The notes under the pieces are model-generated. The model did no database searches. It worked only from the letters and a program-made list of their open reading frames with translations, and had not been told where the DNA came from. The translations under genes and the position numbers were made by a program. DNA of 64,000 nt, taken from assembly GCA_035544995.1 (NCBI GenBank), contig DASZZI010000055.1, positions 9,507-73,506 of the forward strand, read 5' to 3'. The stretch is from Candidatus Acidiferrum sp. Its GTDB lineage: Bacteria > Acidobacteriota > Terriglobia > Acidiferrales > UBA7541. Below, piece by piece: positions 61,570-64,000 of the stretch (its first letter is position 1; each line of letters opens with the position of its first letter).

Positions 61570-64000
61570 CTAGAACTGGAGGCGAAGGCCGAACTGCATG
61601 ACGCGCGGGCCGCCTCCTCCTAGGCCAGGATTGCCCTGCGCGACGTCTGGCGTTTGCGTGATAAGACCCGCCGCGTAGCACTGCACCAAAGTATTGCACG
61701 CAGGCGGATTCAAAGGCTTCGGGGTGCCGTCAGAAAAGAACGCCGGCGTGATGTGGTTTGACGGCAGGGCAAAATTCGGGTGATTGAAGATGTTAAAGAA
61801 CTCAGCGCGGAATTGAAGAGCGAGGGCTTCCGTAAGCTTGGTGGTTTTGCTTACGGAGAAGTCCACGTTCCAGAAGCCTGGGCCGAAAACCTGATCGCGG
61901 CCGAGATTCCCGAAAGTGCCGACGGGGTCTTTGAACGCAAGAGGATTGAGATAGCCGGTGGTGGGTGACCAGTGGCTAAGAATGGGGTTGACGCGGGGAA
62001 TGATGTCTGGGCGTCCATGGGAGTTGGAACCGCCGCCCTGGTTAATGATGGGAATAGGCCGGCCGGACTGCACTGAGATGATGGAGTTGAGCTGCCATCC
62101 ATCCGCGAGGCGACGTGGAAGGTGCGATATGGCCGGAAGCCGATAGTTGAGGGCGGAAGTCCAGCGATGGCGTGTGTCGAATGTGGACGGGCCTTTTTCC
62201 GCGGGAAGGTTGTCCGAGTTTTGCGGGAAGGCAGCCGTACCACCGTTGAAGTCGAGGCCATCGGAGGCACCGTCGAGAGACTTGGACCACGAGTAAGTGG
62301 AGAAGCCAGAGAAACGATGCCAGTTGTTAAAACGGACGGTAGTCTGGAGTGCGTTATAGGTGGAGTTGGCGCCGGTGGAGAGAACGGCGATCTGAAAATA
62401 ATTGGGGTTGGTGAAATCTTGATTCTTGTCGTAGAGGCGTGTGAGGCGGGTGCCCTTGGTCCCTACGTAGCCGACTTCGAGAGCGACGGATTCGTTAATT
62501 TGCTGCTGGATGTTCAGGCTCCAGCTCTGAACGTAGGGAGTGCGAAGGTTACGATCAGTAATGAAGATGCTTTGCGAGAAGGCGGTGGGGGTGTAGATCG
62601 GGCCGGTGACGGTACCGTTCCAGACGCTGGAATTGAAGTCAAAACCATTGACGGGCACCGAGATAGCCTTCGGATTGGTGGCGCTGGCGGGATTGGTGGC
62701 GACGCCGGCGGAATTGGTGAAGTTAGCGATCAGAATATTCTGGGGAATGTAATCGTAGTACAGGCCATACGCAGCGCGAACGACAGTGTCGTGGCGGGGG
62801 TGCCAGGCGACGCCCAGATGCGGGCCGAAGTTGTTCAGGTCGCGGTTGTAAACGTGGGGAAGCGTGGGTGAGCCGACCTGAACGAGATTGCCGGCGGCAT
62901 CGAAGTTCGAGAGTAAATTATGTTTTTCCCCCAGCGGACCAAAATATTCCCAACGAAGACCGAGATTCAAAGTCACGTTGGGTCGGAGGCGGATGTCGTC
63001 CTGGCCGAAGAAGCTGATGTTGTTGTTGAAGGTGAAGCGCGAGGTGTTGCCGGTGAGCGCTAGAGCGAATATGTTGCCGACGAAGAAATTGGCGAGTTCA
63101 TTGACGACAGGGTTGGGGTCGAGTGCGACGAAGTTGCCGGTGCCGTCATTGATCCTGGTGTTGATCTGGAGAATGCCGCGCTCGAGATTGTCATTGAAGC
63201 TCTGAACGTCATAGCGGTGATATTCGCTGCCAAACTTTACCGTGTGGCGTCCGCGAATCCAGGTGAAATTGTCAAGGACCTGGAAAGTTTCGCTGGTGCG
63301 GCCTCGAGGAACGCTGAAGCCAGTAGTGCCCAGGTTTTCGATGTCGCCATTGAAGTCGATCTCGGGAAGGCCAAGTTTGCCGTTGCCCAAGTTAAAGCCG
63401 TTTCCCAGCGTCGTGGGATCGAGCTGATCGATGGAGGTGAAGTTGACGCGAAAGCGGGAATAGCCGAAGCGGAGCTCGTTCAATTTGGTGGGTGAAAGAG
63501 TAGTGAGGAGGCTAGTGGAGATGACCTGAACACGAGTGGGCGATGCCTGCGCGAAACTACTGATACGCGAGCCGCTGCCGAATCCTCCGAGGGAACCAAA
63601 AGGGAATTCCTGAGCATTTTGGCCGAAGGCGTATCGTCCGCTGAGCATGTTCTTCGCGCTGAGCTTGTGGTCGAGTTTGACGATGAAGTTGTCCCCGTTG
63701 TTCTTGTCGCGAACAGAATTGGCGATCGCATTCGAATTTGTCGGATTGGCCGGAAAAAAGTCGAGGATTTTGACCAAAGCAGGATTGATTTGCTTCAGCG
63801 GAACGATGGTTTGAGTGAGCGCGACCTGCTCGGCGGCCTGGATGTCGTTGTTCGTTGCGCCAGTGCGCGGAACGATCAGGTTGAAGTCGGACCCCACCGC
63901 TTCACGCTGGCCCTCGTAGGCGCCAAAGAAGAAGGTGCGGTCCTTAATCACCGGGCCACCAAGCGAGCCGCCGAAATTATTGTTATTGAAGCGCGATTGT
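61570..64000 (-). CDS. TonB-dependent receptor, Oar-like (5' part beyond the window)
   Basis: [54 protein letters not shown]-terminal [10 protein letters not shown]. Confidence 0.92.
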   Translation of the reverse strand, partial: QSRFNNNNFGGSLGGPVIKDRTFFFGAYEGQREAVGSDFNLIVPRTGATNNDIQAAEQVALTQTIVPLKQINPALVKILDFFPANPTNSNAIANSVRDKNNGDNFIVKLDHKLSAKNMLSGRYAFGQNAQEFPFGSLGGFGSGSRISSFAQASPTRVQVISTSLLTTLSPTKLNELRFGYSRFRVNFTSIDQLDPTTLGNGFNLGNGKLGLPEIDFNGDIENLGTTGFSVPRGRTSETFQVLDNFTWIRGRHTVKFGSEYHRYDVQSFNDNLERGILQINTRINDGTGNFVALDPNPVVNELANFFVGNIFALALTGNTSRFTFNNNISFFGQDDIRLRPNVTLNLGLRWEYFGPLGEKHNLLSNFDAAGNLVQVGSPTLPHVYNRDLNNFGPHLGVAWHPRHDTVVRAAYGLYYDYIPQNILIANFTNSAGVATNPASATNPKAISVPVNGFDFNSSVWNGTVTGPIYTPTAFSQSIFITDRNLRTPYVQSWSLNIQQQINESVALEVGYVGTKGTRLTRLYDKNQDFTNPNYFQIAVLSTGANSTYNALQTTVRFNNWHRFSGFSTYSWSKSLDGASDGLDFNGGTAAFPQNSDNLPAEKGPSTFDTRHRWTSALNYRLPAISHLPRRLADGWQLNSIISVQSGRPIPIINQGGGSNSHGRPDIIPRVNPILSHWSPTTGYLNPLAFKDPVGTFGNLGRDQVFGPGFWNVDFSVSKTTKLTEALALQFRAEFFNIFNHPNFALPSNHITPAFFSDGTPKPLNPPACNTLVQCYAAGLITQTPDVAQGNPGLGGGGPRVMQFGLRLQF

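Overview
GC-rich bacterial chromosomal window with an Acidobacteriota-like gene inventory (host is an inference): Oar-type TonB receptors, a PadR/ADOP permease pair, a PQQ-like propeller protein, PEGA kinase, and carboxypeptidase-like secreted proteins. It holds about 45 CDSs: DPP-IV peptidase, an RND efflux operon, a PP2C-FHA pair, RmuC, two TonB-dependent receptors, SemiSWEET, a HEAT-PilZ protein, a Hanks kinase, Crp, AsmA, a hybrid PAS kinase, FadE/FadA, a CocE/NonD hydrolase and SRPBCC/VOC proteins. Two regions stand out. (1) A LysR gene is followed by a fused AccD-AccA carboxyltransferase, a class III CoA-transferase and a ThDP enzyme with a twin-arginine-like leader; matching LysR-type boxes sit upstream of lysR and accDA. 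(2) A tRNA-Arg(CCT) locus has an intact gene, a 65-bp copy of its 5' half ending exactly at the anticodon loop, and a second divergent tRNA-Arg(CCT); the intact gene and the half copy bracket a copper oxidase-TolC cassette. Several genes carry single in-frame stops, a frameshift or truncations. No CRISPR array, rRNA, integrase or transposase was seen. All family calls come from reading motifs by eye; no database searches were run.
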